This document shows positions 8,679 to 18,416 of a stretch of DNA of 64,000 bases, piece by piece; positions within the stretch are counted from its first letter, which is position 1, and each line of letters begins with the position of its first letter. Location of the stretch: the NCBI GenBank assembly GCA_964449445.1, contig CAYUZT010000003.1, forward strand, positions 110,371 through 174,370, given 5' to 3'. The notes under the pieces were generated by a model that worked only from the letters and a program-made list of their open reading frames with translations, did no database searches and was not told where the DNA came from. The position numbers and the translations under genes are program-made. The stretch comes from an uncultured Candidatus Peribacteria bacterium. Its GTDB lineage: Bacteria; Patescibacteriota; Gracilibacteria; Peribacterales; Peribacteraceae.

Positions 8679-10460
8679 ATGCACAGACTCGTCGCTCTCA
8701 TCCTCTGTGCGGTTGTGGTTTCGAGCGCTTCCGCAGCAGTTCCTGTAAACATCGGCAATACAGGACCGAGAATTTCACCGCTTATGCAGCGCGTTGCGAT
8801 GAGGAAAAGCATACGGTTACGCCGCTCGCAAAGACCCGGGCCTTTGATGATCGTTCCCCGGCCGCTTTCGCGCTCATCGTCGTCGTACTCCTATACCGGC
8901 ACGCCTGTGCGCGGAGTGCTGCAGATCGATCAGCGTGCGACAGGGACGGCACAGAATGCGGCGGGGACACAGTTTGTGACGCTCTTGAGCTTTGATGCCA
9001 GTGCGGTAAATGAAGATGTCATCTTCTCCACCGTCAAATTCCATGCCGAGCAGGGAAACCTTACCTCCGCAAATGAGTACACGCTGTTCGCCGTTGCCAA
9101 AACCGGGCAACTGACGAAGGTTGCAACGGCTGCGGCGAGTAGCAATGCACTCGTGTTCACGAATCTAAAGTTCACAATCCATAACGGCCAAACGCAGCGA
9201 TTTGTTCTGCAGGGGAAGGTGCTCGCAAATGGATCCTCGCTCGCACTCGCATTTCAAACAAGCGATCCCCTCTTCGTACAGGCACAGGGGCTTACATACG
9301 GACGGGATCTTGCGCCCGGCATTCAGGTGGACGGTATCCCCTGCACTGGTCGCTACGTCTGCAGAATCATCGTACACACGAAGGCGAGCCGATCAGTCAC
9401 GGTGAACTCCGTCGGCAACCTGTACGTGACGACCGATTCCGTACCCTCCACCAGTCATCAGCTACTCCTCGGTACCACCTCCGATGCAATCTTCCGTCTG
9501 AAGTTCCATGCGACGGAGGAAGATGTTGCCGTTACGTATGTGGCCATCAACGGAATGGATGACTCGATCTCCGGACTCGAACTGTTCACAGAAGGATCAT
9601 CTGCTCCATTTTCGACTGCGACAGAGCTCCAATGTGATACCGTCGTGAGCGGACAAGTATGCGCCAGGCTTTCCAGCGGCCTTTTCACCGTAACGCAATC
9701 GGGTGAGGTACGAATATTGGCAAGAGCCCTTCTGAAAGCCAAAAACGAGGGTGGTGTTTCCGGGGAAACCGTCACGCCTTCTCTTTCGAGCGCTGTTACG
9801 GCTGCAGTCGCCGTGAAGGCTGAGGGCCGCAGTTCCGGCAAGCTCCTCAGTCAGAATAACGGAGACAGCACAGCAGACGGAGAAATTTTCATCGGTCGGC
9901 AGTCACCGGGAGCAAACACGATGATCACGGGAGTCACGCACGATACCGTCGCCGCGAAGTTCGCTGCCATCGAGAATGCGAATCCTGATCCCGATCTCAC
10001 CCTTGTTCCCCTCGGCCTCTCCTCGTTTGGAATTTTTCGTTTTCGGACAATGCCGAGTGGCAGCAATAACTCAGTCGTGCTCACGAAGCTCGTCTTCACC
10101 GTAAACGCGACCAATGTGATTATAGAAAGTTCCAGTGTGACTCTCGTGAACACCGCAAATACCAGCATCGCTGCATCGTGCACGACGTCTGGGACAACCG
10201 GGGTAGTCACGGTCACCTGTGATCAGCTGGAAACGACCGCCATCAGTACAACGATTGATCCGGGCGGTTCCATAACGCTGGCTCTGCGGGGCACTATTTC
10301 CAGAGGCACAGAGAGCGGGACCAGCTACCTGCAGGCAACGCTTGGGCAGCTGGGAAACAGAGCGAGTCCGGGAACGGTGGAATGGACGGACGGCTTCACG
10401 TCGTTTGATTGGGTGGATCTGCCCGTCACGCAGGTGAAGTCAACGCAGTATCGATTGTAG
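8679..10460 (+). CDS. secreted Thr/Ser/Val-rich protein of unknown function with three internal beta-rich repeats
   Basis: Signal peptide MHRLVALILCAVVVSSASAAV. Three segments of about 150 aa recur with a hydrophobic-alternating pattern (FVTLLSFDASA.., IFRLKFHATEE.., IFRFRTMPSG..). Confidence 0.5.
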   Translation: MHRLVALILCAVVVSSASAAVPVNIGNTGPRISPLMQRVAMRKSIRLRRSQRPGPLMIVPRPLSRSSSSYSYTGTPVRGVLQIDQRATGTAQNAAGTQFVTLLSFDASAVNEDVIFSTVKFHAEQGNLTSANEYTLFAVAKTGQLTKVATAAASSNALVFTNLKFTIHNGQTQRFVLQGKVLANGSSLALAFQTSDPLFVQAQGLTYGRDLAPGIQVDGIPCTGRYVCRIIVHTKASRSVTVNSVGNLYVTTDSVPSTSHQLLLGTTSDAIFRLKFHATEEDVAVTYVAINGMDDSISGLELFTEGSSAPFSTATELQCDTVVSGQVCARLSSGLFTVTQSGEVRILARALLKAKNEGGVSGETVTPSLSSAVTAAVAVKAEGRSSGKLLSQNNGDSTADGEIFIGRQSPGANTMITGVTHDTVAAKFAAIENANPDPDLTLVPLGLSSFGIFRFRTMPSGSNNSVVLTKLVFTVNATNVIIESSSVTLVNTANTSIAASCTTSGTTGVVTVTCDQLETTAISTTIDPGGSITLALRGTISRGTESGTSYLQATLGQLGNRASPGTVEWTDGFTSFDWVDLPVTQVKSTQYRL

Positions 10461-11099
10461 TGGCAGCGACGGCGCGATATCACTGCCATACGATGACAGG
10501 AGGAAATTTTCACGGGAGCCGAGAGGTGCGTCCTTGAGGAGAGTCCGCAGATGCTTGAGTCCCCGGAAGATTCGGACAGAAATCGTATTGGACGACTCGC
10601 CTGTCATCGTCGCAATCTCCGCAGGAAGAAATCCCCGGATAAAACGATTCTGCAACACGTGCCTGTATGTGCTTGGCATCTCTGCAAGCTTCTGGAGCGG
10701 TCGTTCGCAGTCCAATTCGCTGAACGTGTGATGCCATGGGTCGATTGCAGGTTCGAATCCCGTCTCCAGCAGCTGATCGAGCGATGCTTCTTTCTTCCTG
10801 CGGACATGATTGAGAAAAAGATTATGCGCGATGCAGTACAGGAACGCGCGAACATGCACGATTTCCTCCTTACGCTGGAGACACTGGCAGAAACGGAGAA
10901 ATACATCCTGCATGAGATCTTTGGCGATTTCGCGGTCTCGACACTTCCAATAGCAATAGCGAAAGATGGCCTCATGGTAGAGGTCATAGATATCGGTGAA
11001 ATCGTCAATCATGGGAGGAAGTTGCGCTTGTGCGACATGTGCGACGACAGGGATGGCACTCTGACTCAGGTTCTTCGTGACTGTAAGAGTATTGCTCAT
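10440..11099 (-). CDS. ECF-type RNA polymerase sigma-70 family factor
   Basis: Region 2 is AIFRYCYWKCRDREIAKDLMQDVFLRF...AFLYCIAHNLFLNHVRRKK. Region 4 is YRHVLQNRFIRGFLPAEIATMTGESSNTISVRIFRGLKHLR. Start at the internal ATG; 21-bp convergent overlap with the previous gene. Confidence 0.8.
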   Translation of the reverse strand: MSNTLTVTKNLSQSAIPVVAHVAQAQLPPMIDDFTDIYDLYHEAIFRYCYWKCRDREIAKDLMQDVFLRFCQCLQRKEEIVHVRAFLYCIAHNLFLNHVRRKKEASLDQLLETGFEPAIDPWHHTFSELDCERPLQKLAEMPSTYRHVLQNRFIRGFLPAEIATMTGESSNTISVRIFRGLKHLRTLLKDAPLGSRENFLLSSYGSDIAPSLPLQSILR

Positions 11100-11425
11100 A
11101 AGATCGAGGGTGATAGAAAGAAAGTGAGAACGCTTTATGCCCGATTCATTGTCCGTCGCACCGCGGATTGCATTGCCAAAGAGCCGTGCGCTCCCGGGAA
11201 GGTTTTCTGATGAATCGCGGGGAACCACGATTGCAGAACGCCGGAGAACCGCCGTGCGTTGCGAAAGGAAGGATGGTAGGAACGGTAGATGCTCATACGA
11301 GAGTGGGTGGAAGGAAGCACCACAATGGTCGCATGCGATTTTTCCGCAAGCGTATGCGAATACACGAAGTCGCCGGGATGAGACGCTCCTAGCACTGCTC
11401 TGGACTGACCGTCACAGAGACACTG

Positions 11426-12313
11426 TTAGCAATCCGCAATTGGCTCTCCCTGCGACTTCAGCAACCAGCTCGTGAGGAAATTCATGGGCATAAGCTCGAT
11501 GATTTTCAGTGCCTGTAGATCTGGATCAAGCGACCTGTTGTTGTACTTCCACTCCAGTTCCTTCAGGCACAAACCCGTTTTCCGTTTCCAGATTCCATGG
11601 TGGAAACGTGCCCGCTCCGAAATCCACGTCCACATCTGCTCCGCGCCGTCCTTCGGTTGCTTCTCCTCTGCAAAGCGATGGAACTTGCCGCAGCAAATAA
11701 AGCCTGCGTAGCCTTCGCGGCGGTCAGGGGCTTCCTCCCGGGAACCAAACATTTGGAAATGCAGCACCGCTTCCTCGTCCTTCAATGGATCAATGTAGAC
11801 TTCACCGCTTTCGCGAAGCTGCACCCCAAATACGGGCGCCTTTCCCTCCGCATCGCTTGCACGGATACGGCCCTTGCACCATCTGCAACGGGATTTGTCG
11901 TGCGACCCTTGGGTGTTTCCCTTGTACGCGGAGAGGAGCGGGAGTTTGTCCTGCGGCACGCTCTTCTCAGCAATAAGCTTGCGAAAGTGATCGTAGAAGA
12001 CAGCGACCAGCCGGTAACGATGGCGCGTAATCTGCGCCGTTCTGCGTGACGAAAAATCGAGACAGAAGCAGAGGAGAATCTCGGCGCACTGCTGGAGCTT
12101 GTTCTCTTCTGTCACTTTGTGGATGCGGAATTTCTTGCCGCATGTTGTGCATTTTCTGCGTCCGTCCCCGAGCGTGTTGAGCTTCGTTCGTATGCTGCAA
12201 TACGGGCAAATTAAATGCCGAGAAGCGTCGCTCTGTGTGGGACGCACCTTCTCTTTAAGGTGCGGTAGCAGTGTATCTGCGTTGATTATCATTTGTAGAA
12301 GCGGAAAAGTCAC
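11426..12313 (-). CDS. IS1595-like transposase-related protein (zinc ribbon + ISXO2-like region), possibly degenerate
   Basis: CPYCS..(12)..CTTCGKKF zinc ribbon. The C-terminal segment WTWISERARFHHGIWKRKTGLCLKELEWKYNNRS resembles the FW..K......G.....yL.E.efRyN.R end of IS1595 transposases. I could not see flanking inverted repeats. Confidence 0.45.
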   Translation of the reverse strand: MTFPLLQMIINADTLLPHLKEKVRPTQSDASRHLICPYCSIRTKLNTLGDGRRKCTTCGKKFRIHKVTEENKLQQCAEILLCFCLDFSSRRTAQITRHRYRLVAVFYDHFRKLIAEKSVPQDKLPLLSAYKGNTQGSHDKSRCRWCKGRIRASDAEGKAPVFGVQLRESGEVYIDPLKDEEAVLHFQMFGSREEAPDRREGYAGFICCGKFHRFAEEKQPKDGAEQMWTWISERARFHHGIWKRKTGLCLKELEWKYNNRSLDPDLQALKIIELMPMNFLTSWLLKSQGEPIADC

Positions 12314-12493
12314 GACTGCGAACCATCATTGTAGTCCTTTCCAGGGGGAAAAGGTGGGAAACACACATGCTATCGACAAAATTTCATGATGTTGTGTATC
12401 AGTCATCCTTTGCAGAATATGCCGTCATGGACTGTCCACTGAGACCCCTTTGCCAAACGTGCATTACAGAAGAAACGGTATTTCCAACACGTT

Positions 12494-12868
12494 TCAACTC
12501 CTCGTTTTGAGCAAATCCCGAATCTCGGTGAGGAGCTTCACCTCTGCAACCTCCACCGGCTTGGCCGGTTCGGGCTTCTTCTGGAAGCGGTTAATCTGTT
12601 TGACCACAAGGAAGATACACAAGGCAACGATAATGAAGTCGATGACTGCTTGGATGAACATGCCATATTTGATCGTCGCTTCGCCCACCTGGACCGCAAG
12701 CGTGGAAAAATCGAGCTTGCCCAGGAGAATGCCGATGGAAGGCATCAAAATATCGCCGACGAGCGACGAGACAATTTTGCCGAAAGCCGCGCCGATGATC
12801 ACGCCAATGGCAAGATCCATCACATTGCCTTTCATCGCGAAGTCGCGGAATTCTTTAAGGACGGACAT
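12494..12868 (-). CDS. mscL: large-conductance mechanosensitive channel
   Basis: [43 protein letters not shown] is the canonical MscL N-terminus. Confidence 0.9.
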   Translation of the reverse strand: MSVLKEFRDFAMKGNVMDLAIGVIIGAAFGKIVSSLVGDILMPSIGILLGKLDFSTLAVQVGEATIKYGMFIQAVIDFIIVALCIFLVVKQINRFQKKPEPAKPVEVAEVKLLTEIRDLLKTRS

Positions 12869-12986
12869 ACGGAAGGAGGAAAGATTGAAATATGCTACTC
12901 CTTATTTCTTGGCAACAGCAAGATGGAAAGTCAGATAATGGTGTGAGAAATTTCCTTCCTGCTCTTCAGTGGTATACAAGGTCTGC

Positions 12987-13700
12987 ATGGGAATCGCCCG
13001 AAACGTCGGTACGGCCATAGGCCTTTCCGCATCGGCGTTGCTCGCAGTGCAAGCCCCAGATGCGCAGGAAGCACAGAAGCAACCATCGAAAGAAACCATC
13101 GCCCTTATCCAACAACTCGGTGACCTTGAATTTGTCATACGCGAAAAGGCTTTCGATGCGCTCAGTAAGAAGGCGAAAATCGATTGGAGTGTCGTTGTTG
13201 CATTGCAGGAAGCATCCGAAGGACCGAAAAAGAGTACGGATGCGGAAATTGCCGGCCGTGCGAAACAGATCTTCGACGAAGAGTTCGATGCGCAGGCAGC
13301 AATTCACTTTCCCCAGCCTCAACAATACCCACGCATCCGTGGCCCCCGACCCAAGATGAAAATGCCTCCGGGAATGATGCCCCAGCCGTGGAAGGGAGAT
13401 GACAAAGAATTCATCAAGTTCTTTCACGACCAGGTCAAAGATCTCGAGGGCATCAACTGGCCGGAACCCCGCGATAGAGCCGCCGCTAAAAATGCTCTCG
13501 ACCGCTTTGCGCGTAAAGCATTTGAAGATGCTCTGCGCCAACCAATGTACACACCGAATATTCTCGAATGGTCTCGGACACACAGTGATTTAGTGGATGA
13601 GTGGAAGAGTCAGGAAAAGGAAATGACCAAGCTCGAAGTTCTGCAGGAAGCGGTGGGCGAGGTATTCGGGAACTTTCAGTGGAGATGGTGGAAGAATTAA
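12987..13700 (+). CDS. hypothetical secreted protein
   Basis: ORF 12969..13700. Internal ATG with TATACA 8 nt upstream. N-terminus is hydrophobic (GTAIGLSASALLAVQA). No recognisable domain. Confidence 0.4.
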   Translation: MGIARNVGTAIGLSASALLAVQAPDAQEAQKQPSKETIALIQQLGDLEFVIREKAFDALSKKAKIDWSVVVALQEASEGPKKSTDAEIAGRAKQIFDEEFDAQAAIHFPQPQQYPRIRGPRPKMKMPPGMMPQPWKGDDKEFIKFFHDQVKDLEGINWPEPRDRAAAKNALDRFARKAFEDALRQPMYTPNILEWSRTHSDLVDEWKSQEKEMTKLEVLQEAVGEVFGNFQWRWWKN

Positions 13701-13811
13701 GAAAGAGGAGTTTCTGCGAAGCAGAGGCAATGCTGACCGTAATGTGCTCGCAACTGGACTGTACATGGAGAACAATTTCAGTAGAGTACGGGACGTCATT
13801 CCCCTCTCTTC

Positions 13812-14228
13812 ATGAAAAAGCTTCTCCCCCTTTCCTTCGCTGTTCTTGCTCTCGCGCTGCTTGCCGCATGCAGAGGGCCAAATACCGCAAGTGTTCTCGA
13901 TACTGATGTCGAAACAGATGAGCAGGCAGCCGCGGACGCCGCAGCAGTCGCCATGGCAGAAGGCAGAGTAGTCGATATGACCCTGGGCGCAGAATGCTCT
14001 CCAAATGTCCTTAATCTTAAAAAAGGCGAGAACGTCGTTCTGCGCTTGAAGTCCGATTCCGGTACCCATGCCTTCATCAGCAGTGAACTCGCTCTCAACA
14101 TCTCGATCGCGCAAGGCGAGACGAAGGCGTTCAATATTCCGACATCGACCGACGGCACCTTCACGATACTGTGTGGAACGTCTGCACCGACCTATGATGA
14201 TATGACCGCACAGATTGTTATTGAGTAA
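13812..14228 (+). CDS. lipoprotein with cupredoxin-like fold
   Basis: Lipobox LALLAAC. VLNLKKGENVVLRLKSDSGTHAF...GTFTILCG....M.AQIVI resembles single-domain cupredoxins, but the ligand set looks incomplete. Confidence 0.45.
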   Translation: MKKLLPLSFAVLALALLAACRGPNTASVLDTDVETDEQAAADAAAVAMAEGRVVDMTLGAECSPNVLNLKKGENVVLRLKSDSGTHAFISSELALNISIAQGETKAFNIPTSTDGTFTILCGTSAPTYDDMTAQIVIE

Positions 14229-14327
14229 AAAAGCAGGAAAAACCTCTGGTATCAGGGTTAATCAACAGAGCGATTAGCCCTATTTGATGAGCAAAATGGG
14301 CAATTGACAGAAAAGTGAAAGTGATAC

Positions 14328-14356
14328 TGGACAACTTCATTATTAAGTTGTATAAA
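14328..14356 (+). promoter_or_regulatory. sigma-70-like promoter TGGACA-N17-TATAAA upstream of surface protein P1
   Basis: -35 at 14328-14333 and -10 at 14351-14356. The same architecture and flanking sequence recur upstream of P4 (18488-18516). Confidence 0.6.
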
Positions 14357-14386
14357 TTGCCCCTTTTGCATTCTCCCATCCTCACT

Positions 14387-16279
14387 ATGCGCACGTCCGC
14401 ATGTTCACGCACACTCAGTTCGATCGCTGTCCTCGCAGTGCTCATGGCATCGGGAAGCATTGCGCTCCCGATTGATACCGCATTCGCCCAGCTGAATCGT
14501 CAGTGCCAGGACGGGCTCGATAACGACAATGACGGCGCCGCGGATTACCCGAATGATTTCGGCTGCATCTCTGCCGACGACAACGACGAGCTGTATACGA
14601 AGTCACAGTGCCAGGATGGATACGACAACGACCTCGACGGACAGACCGACCTCAATGATCCCAGCTGCACCGACCGACAGGACAATGACGAAAGCAGTCT
14701 CCCGGGCCGGCCGCAATGCCGTGACGGCATCGATAACGATAGTGACGGCACCGCCGATTACCCGAACGACTTCAGCTGCTCTTCCGCCGATGACGCCGAC
14801 GAAGGCTGGCCACGCGCCCAGTGTCAGGACGGTTACGATAACGATGCGGATGGCCTCATCGATTTCCCCCAGGATCCGGCCTGCACGGGTGTCCAGGATA
14901 ATGATGAAAAAGTGTTTTCCACGAACTTCACGAACTGCAGTGACGGCATCGATAACGACGGGGACGGAGCAATCGACTACCCGAATGACGCAAGCTGCGC
15001 TTCCCCCAACGCTATCGATGAGCGCTATCCCGTCCTTGCATGCCAGGACGGCATCGATAACGACCGGGACGGCAAAACCGATTACCCCAACGACCTCGGC
15101 TGCACGGGCGCGCAGGATTCGACCGAAGAGGATGCTTCCCGCCGTACGTCGCAGTGTGGCGATGGCGTCGATAACGACGGCGACGGTGCTGCAGACTTCC
15201 CGTTCGATTACAGCTGTTCCTCAGTAGAGGACTCGGACGAAACGAAGCCAGAGGCGGAATGCGAGGACAAAAAAGACAATGACGGCGACGGCTTTTCCGA
15301 TTATCCCGAAGATCCCGGGTGCATCAGCACGCAGGATAACGACGAAGGCAACGCCACCAGCATGTCGCAGTGCCGCGACGGCATCGATAACGACGGGGAC
15401 GGAGCCGTGGACTATCCCAACGATTTCGGTTGCGCGAGCGGAGACGACACCGACGAAGTCTTTCCGAAGTCCAAGTGTCAGGACGGACACGATAACGACA
15501 ACGACGGACTGGTCGATTTCCCGCAGGATTCCGGCTGCGAGAACCCGCAGGACAATAACGAAAAGAATGTCGGCAAGGTCACGCTCGTCCTGACGGCGAA
15601 TCCCGATCCGCTGGCAGCAGGAGACGAAATTCGCTATTCCTTGGTATTCCGCAACAACGGGAATGCGGCCCAGACAGACCTGCGCGTTCAGCAAAACCTT
15701 CCCGCAGGCCTGACGTTCCTCTCCGCAACCGAAGGGGGCTATAACCGTTATGACGGTATTATTCTGTGGGCGCGCATCACCGTTCCCGCCTATTCCACGA
15801 AGACGCTCACCTTGAGTGCGCGCGCTGACCCAGGACTCACTCCGGGAAAGAAGCTCCAGACGCTCGTGTATGTGAACGACACGGTCATGGCCGAATACAC
15901 CAGCACGGTGAAATCGCAGCCACAGGGGGCCTTCCTGCAGACTCCGGGAAACTTCACGCCACCCTACCCCGTTCCCGAGGGAGGTGTATATGTGCCCCAG
16001 TACGACAATCCATCACAGCCGTATAACGCCTATTCACCGGTTCAGGACACCCAGTCCTATGGAATGGCAGAGGCAGCGTCGTACGACCCGTACGCAGGAG
16101 AAACCCCGCTGCTCCCCGTAACCGGAATCGAAGATTTCACCCGTCCTCTGGAAGACCTGACCCGTTTCCTCCGTCCGGTGTCATCCAATTCTCCCGGACT
16201 GCCGGGAGCGATGTGGGCCCTGGTGACCGTCATTGGCATGCTGACAGGCGGAGTCCTGAGTAAGAAATATTTTGTGTGA
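14387..16279 (+). CDS. surface protein P1: signal peptide, 10 Cys-bounded Asp-rich repeats, one DUF11-like domain, P/Y-rich spacer, LPVTG-type C-terminal tail
   Basis: Start at internal ATG (MRTSACSRTLSSIAVLAVLMASGSIALP). Ten CxDGxDNDxDGxxD[YF]PxDxxC repeats. LVFRNNGNAAQTDLRVQQNLPAGLTFLSATEGG is DUF11-like. The tail is LLPVTGIEDFTRPLEDLTRFLRP..hydrophobic..KKYFV. Confidence 0.8.
   Translation: MRTSACSRTLSSIAVLAVLMASGSIALPIDTAFAQLNRQCQDGLDNDNDGAADYPNDFGCISADDNDELYTKSQCQDGYDNDLDGQTDLNDPSCTDRQDNDESSLPGRPQCRDGIDNDSDGTADYPNDFSCSSADDADEGWPRAQCQDGYDNDADGLIDFPQDPACTGVQDNDEKVFSTNFTNCSDGIDNDGDGAIDYPNDASCASPNAIDERYPVLACQDGIDNDRDGKTDYPNDLGCTGAQDSTEEDASRRTSQCGDGVDNDGDGAADFPFDYSCSSVEDSDETKPEAECEDKKDNDGDGFSDYPEDPGCISTQDNDEGNATSMSQCRDGIDNDGDGAVDYPNDFGCASGDDTDEVFPKSKCQDGHDNDNDGLVDFPQDSGCENPQDNNEKNVGKVTLVLTANPDPLAAGDEIRYSLVFRNNGNAAQTDLRVQQNLPAGLTFLSATEGGYNRYDGIILWARITVPAYSTKTLTLSARADPGLTPGKKLQTLVYVNDTVMAEYTSTVKSQPQGAFLQTPGNFTPPYPVPEGGVYVPQYDNPSQPYNAYSPVQDTQSYGMAEAASYDPYAGETPLLPVTGIEDFTRPLEDLTRFLRPVSSNSPGLPGAMWALVTVIGMLTGGVLSKKYFV
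14504..15562 (+). repeat. ten tandem coding repeats (about 29 aa plus linker) of the Cys-bounded DNDxDG module, alternating between two subtypes
   Basis: Examples are CQDGLDNDNDGAADYPNDFGCISADDNDE / CQDGYDNDLDGQTDLNDPSCTDRQDNDE / CRDGIDNDSDGTADYPNDFSCSSADDADE / CQDGYDNDADGLIDFPQDPACTGVQDNDE, and so on. Confidence 0.9.
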
Positions 16280-16301
16280 TCCACGTCTTCCCTTTCTTTG
16301 T

Positions 16302-16988
16302 ATGAGCTCTATCACTGGATCATCCTCGGCGCGCTCCCTCCCGGGGACGATGCTGCTCGCCTCACTGGCGGTGATCACAGCCGCGGGCGTCATGGGAACT
16401 GCTCATGCAGAATCCGGAATTCTCGTCACGGTGACGTCGTCTTCTTCCAGCGCCCAGGCTTCCTCCGCAAGCAGTGATTCCGTTACTGAGGACGATACCG
16501 AAGAAGTCGCGAACATCAACAACAACGTAAATACGCAAACCGTCACGGTGACCTCCGGACAGCCCACGATTACCATCGGCGCTCCGACTATCAACGTCAC
16601 GACAGAAGCCGCTGCCGTCACGGCAACAGCAACAGCATCTCCGCTGCTCAACGGAACAGCCGGCGCAGCGCAGTATCCTCCGTTCCCTCCGTATCCCACC
16701 TACCCCCCGTATCCTTTTGCCCTTCCTCCGCAGGTGTTTCCCATTCCCCCGCCGCCTCCCGTCATCGCACAACCCTCTATCCCCGCCCCGGAGCCGTTAC
16801 CGCCATTCATTCAGCCGCTTCCCGTCACGGGAATTGAAGATTTCACGGGCCCTTTGGAAGATGTCCGTCGTTTTCTGAGGCCATTTTCTTCCTCGGGATC
16901 ATCGGTCCCGGGTGCCGGTCTTTGGACACTTATTGCTTGCCTCGGCCTCAGTATGGGAGGAATCCTGGGAAAGAAGTATCTCTCCTAA
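16302..16988 (+). CDS. surface protein P2: signal peptide, Ser-rich region, NVNTQ..VTVT module, Pro-rich region, LPVTG-type tail
   Basis: MSSITGSSSARSLPGTMLLASLAVITAAGVMGTAHA, NINNNVNTQTVTVTSGQPTITIGAPTINVTTEAAAVTATATASP, and YPPFPPYPTYPPYPF. The tail is PLPVTGIEDFTGPLEDVRRFLRP..KKYLS. Confidence 0.75.
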   Translation: MSSITGSSSARSLPGTMLLASLAVITAAGVMGTAHAESGILVTVTSSSSSAQASSASSDSVTEDDTEEVANINNNVNTQTVTVTSGQPTITIGAPTINVTTEAAAVTATATASPLLNGTAGAAQYPPFPPYPTYPPYPFALPPQVFPIPPPPPVIAQPSIPAPEPLPPFIQPLPVTGIEDFTGPLEDVRRFLRPFSSSGSSVPGAGLWTLIACLGLSMGGILGKKYLS

Positions 16989-17042
16989 TCCTTCCTCCTC
17001 TCTTTCCCTCCCATCTTCTCCGTTTCCATTCCCCTCCGTCCC

Positions 17043-18401
17043 ATGAAAAAGCGTTTCTCTCTCCTTACGGCCGTTCTCCTTCTCTCGGGACTTCTCCCTG
17101 GATTCGATGTCTTGGGAGCCGGCACCGCGGACCTCTGGATCAAGATGACACTGCCGCCACAGCTTGAACCGTTCAGTGATCCGGACGTTCCGCAGGAAAT
17201 CACCGTGATGAACGTCGGTTCGGAGACGGTTCCGGGAGCGACGGTCACCGAGATCATCCCTCCTGGACTGTCGTTTTTTCCCGCTGTCTCGCCCTCCTAC
17301 TGTTTGGCGAGCGCAGGGGTTGTCACCTGCACTCTGCCCTCGCTTGCTCCCGGACAATTCACGACGTTCATGTTGTACCTGCTCGCACCCCGAAACATGA
17401 CGTGCCCGTCGACGCTCACAAAGACCGTGACGGTCACAACCGTCGGGATCATCGACGTGAATTTGAGCAATAACACATCGACCGCGAGTGCGCTCATCAC
17501 CTGCCCCGTGAGCTCTTCTTCCTCCAGCAGTTCGCAGCCTCCTCTCGCAAAATGTCGGGACGGCATCGACAACGACGGTGATGGACTGATCGACTTCCCG
17601 GCTGACCCCGGATGCTCCAGCCTGCAGGACAATAGCGAATTGAACGGTACCGGGGGCTCCAACAACCAGAACAACAACGTGAATACACAGAACGTCACCG
17701 TCACAACGGCCGGGCAGACCATCACTATCCCATCGCCCAACATCAATGTGACAACGACGGCACCCGCCGTGAACGCCACGGCAACGGCTTCTCCATCGTC
17801 GACATTCGGTAACCCGGCAGGAGGAGGTTTCGGCCAGTATCCTCCTTATCCCCCGTACCCTCCCTATCCTCAGTACTCACCGTACCCGCAGTATCCGACT
17901 CCGTTCTCTGCGTATCCGTCGTACGCTCTCGGGAATCAGTATCCATCGTACATTCAGAACAATCAGTACCCGTCGTACATTCCGTACGGCCAGTACCCGC
18001 AGTATGGGCAGCCCTACTCACCCGCGTACTTCCCCTATCTGTCGACGAACGCCTATTTGAATGCCGCGCAATGCAGCGACGGTATCGATAACGACAACGA
18101 TGGCGCTGTCGATTACCCGCGTGATCTGGGCTGCGTGAGTCCTCAGGATAACAATGAAATCAACGACTACTTCTATGGAAACGCATCTGCCCCCCAGTGC
18201 CGCGATGGCATCGATAATGACCGGGACGGCACCGTGGACTACCCGAGGGATCTCAGCTGCAGTTCTCCCAATGACAATGATGAGAAGTACCCGCTCCCGC
18301 ATTGCTCCGACGGTATTGATAACGACGGGGACCGGCTCTTCGACTATCCGCGGGATCCGGGTTGTGTGAACCCCCGGGACAACAACGAAAGCCGACGCTG
18401 A
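17043..18401 (+). CDS. secreted protein P3: DUF11-like domain, 1+3 Cys/Asp repeats, NVNTQ module, Tyr/Pro-rich region; no LPVTG tail
   Basis: Signal peptide MKKRFSLLTAVLLLSGLLPGFDVLGA. Repeats at 17553-17639 and 18072-18389. YPPYPPYPPYPQYSPYPQYP low-complexity tract. Confidence 0.75.
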   Translation: MKKRFSLLTAVLLLSGLLPGFDVLGAGTADLWIKMTLPPQLEPFSDPDVPQEITVMNVGSETVPGATVTEIIPPGLSFFPAVSPSYCLASAGVVTCTLPSLAPGQFTTFMLYLLAPRNMTCPSTLTKTVTVTTVGIIDVNLSNNTSTASALITCPVSSSSSSSSQPPLAKCRDGIDNDGDGLIDFPADPGCSSLQDNSELNGTGGSNNQNNNVNTQNVTVTTAGQTITIPSPNINVTTTAPAVNATATASPSSTFGNPAGGGFGQYPPYPPYPPYPQYSPYPQYPTPFSAYPSYALGNQYPSYIQNNQYPSYIPYGQYPQYGQPYSPAYFPYLSTNAYLNAAQCSDGIDNDNDGAVDYPRDLGCVSPQDNNEINDYFYGNASAPQCRDGIDNDRDGTVDYPRDLSCSSPNDNDEKYPLPHCSDGIDNDGDRLFDYPRDPGCVNPRDNNESRR

Positions 18402-18416
18402 ATCAGCATCCTGCTC

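Noticed and set aside
16512-17795. The P2/P3 shared module as a diversity-generating retroelement template/variable repeat pair
   Set aside because: The differences between the two DNA copies affect all four bases rather than adenine positions only. No reverse transcriptase ORF is present.
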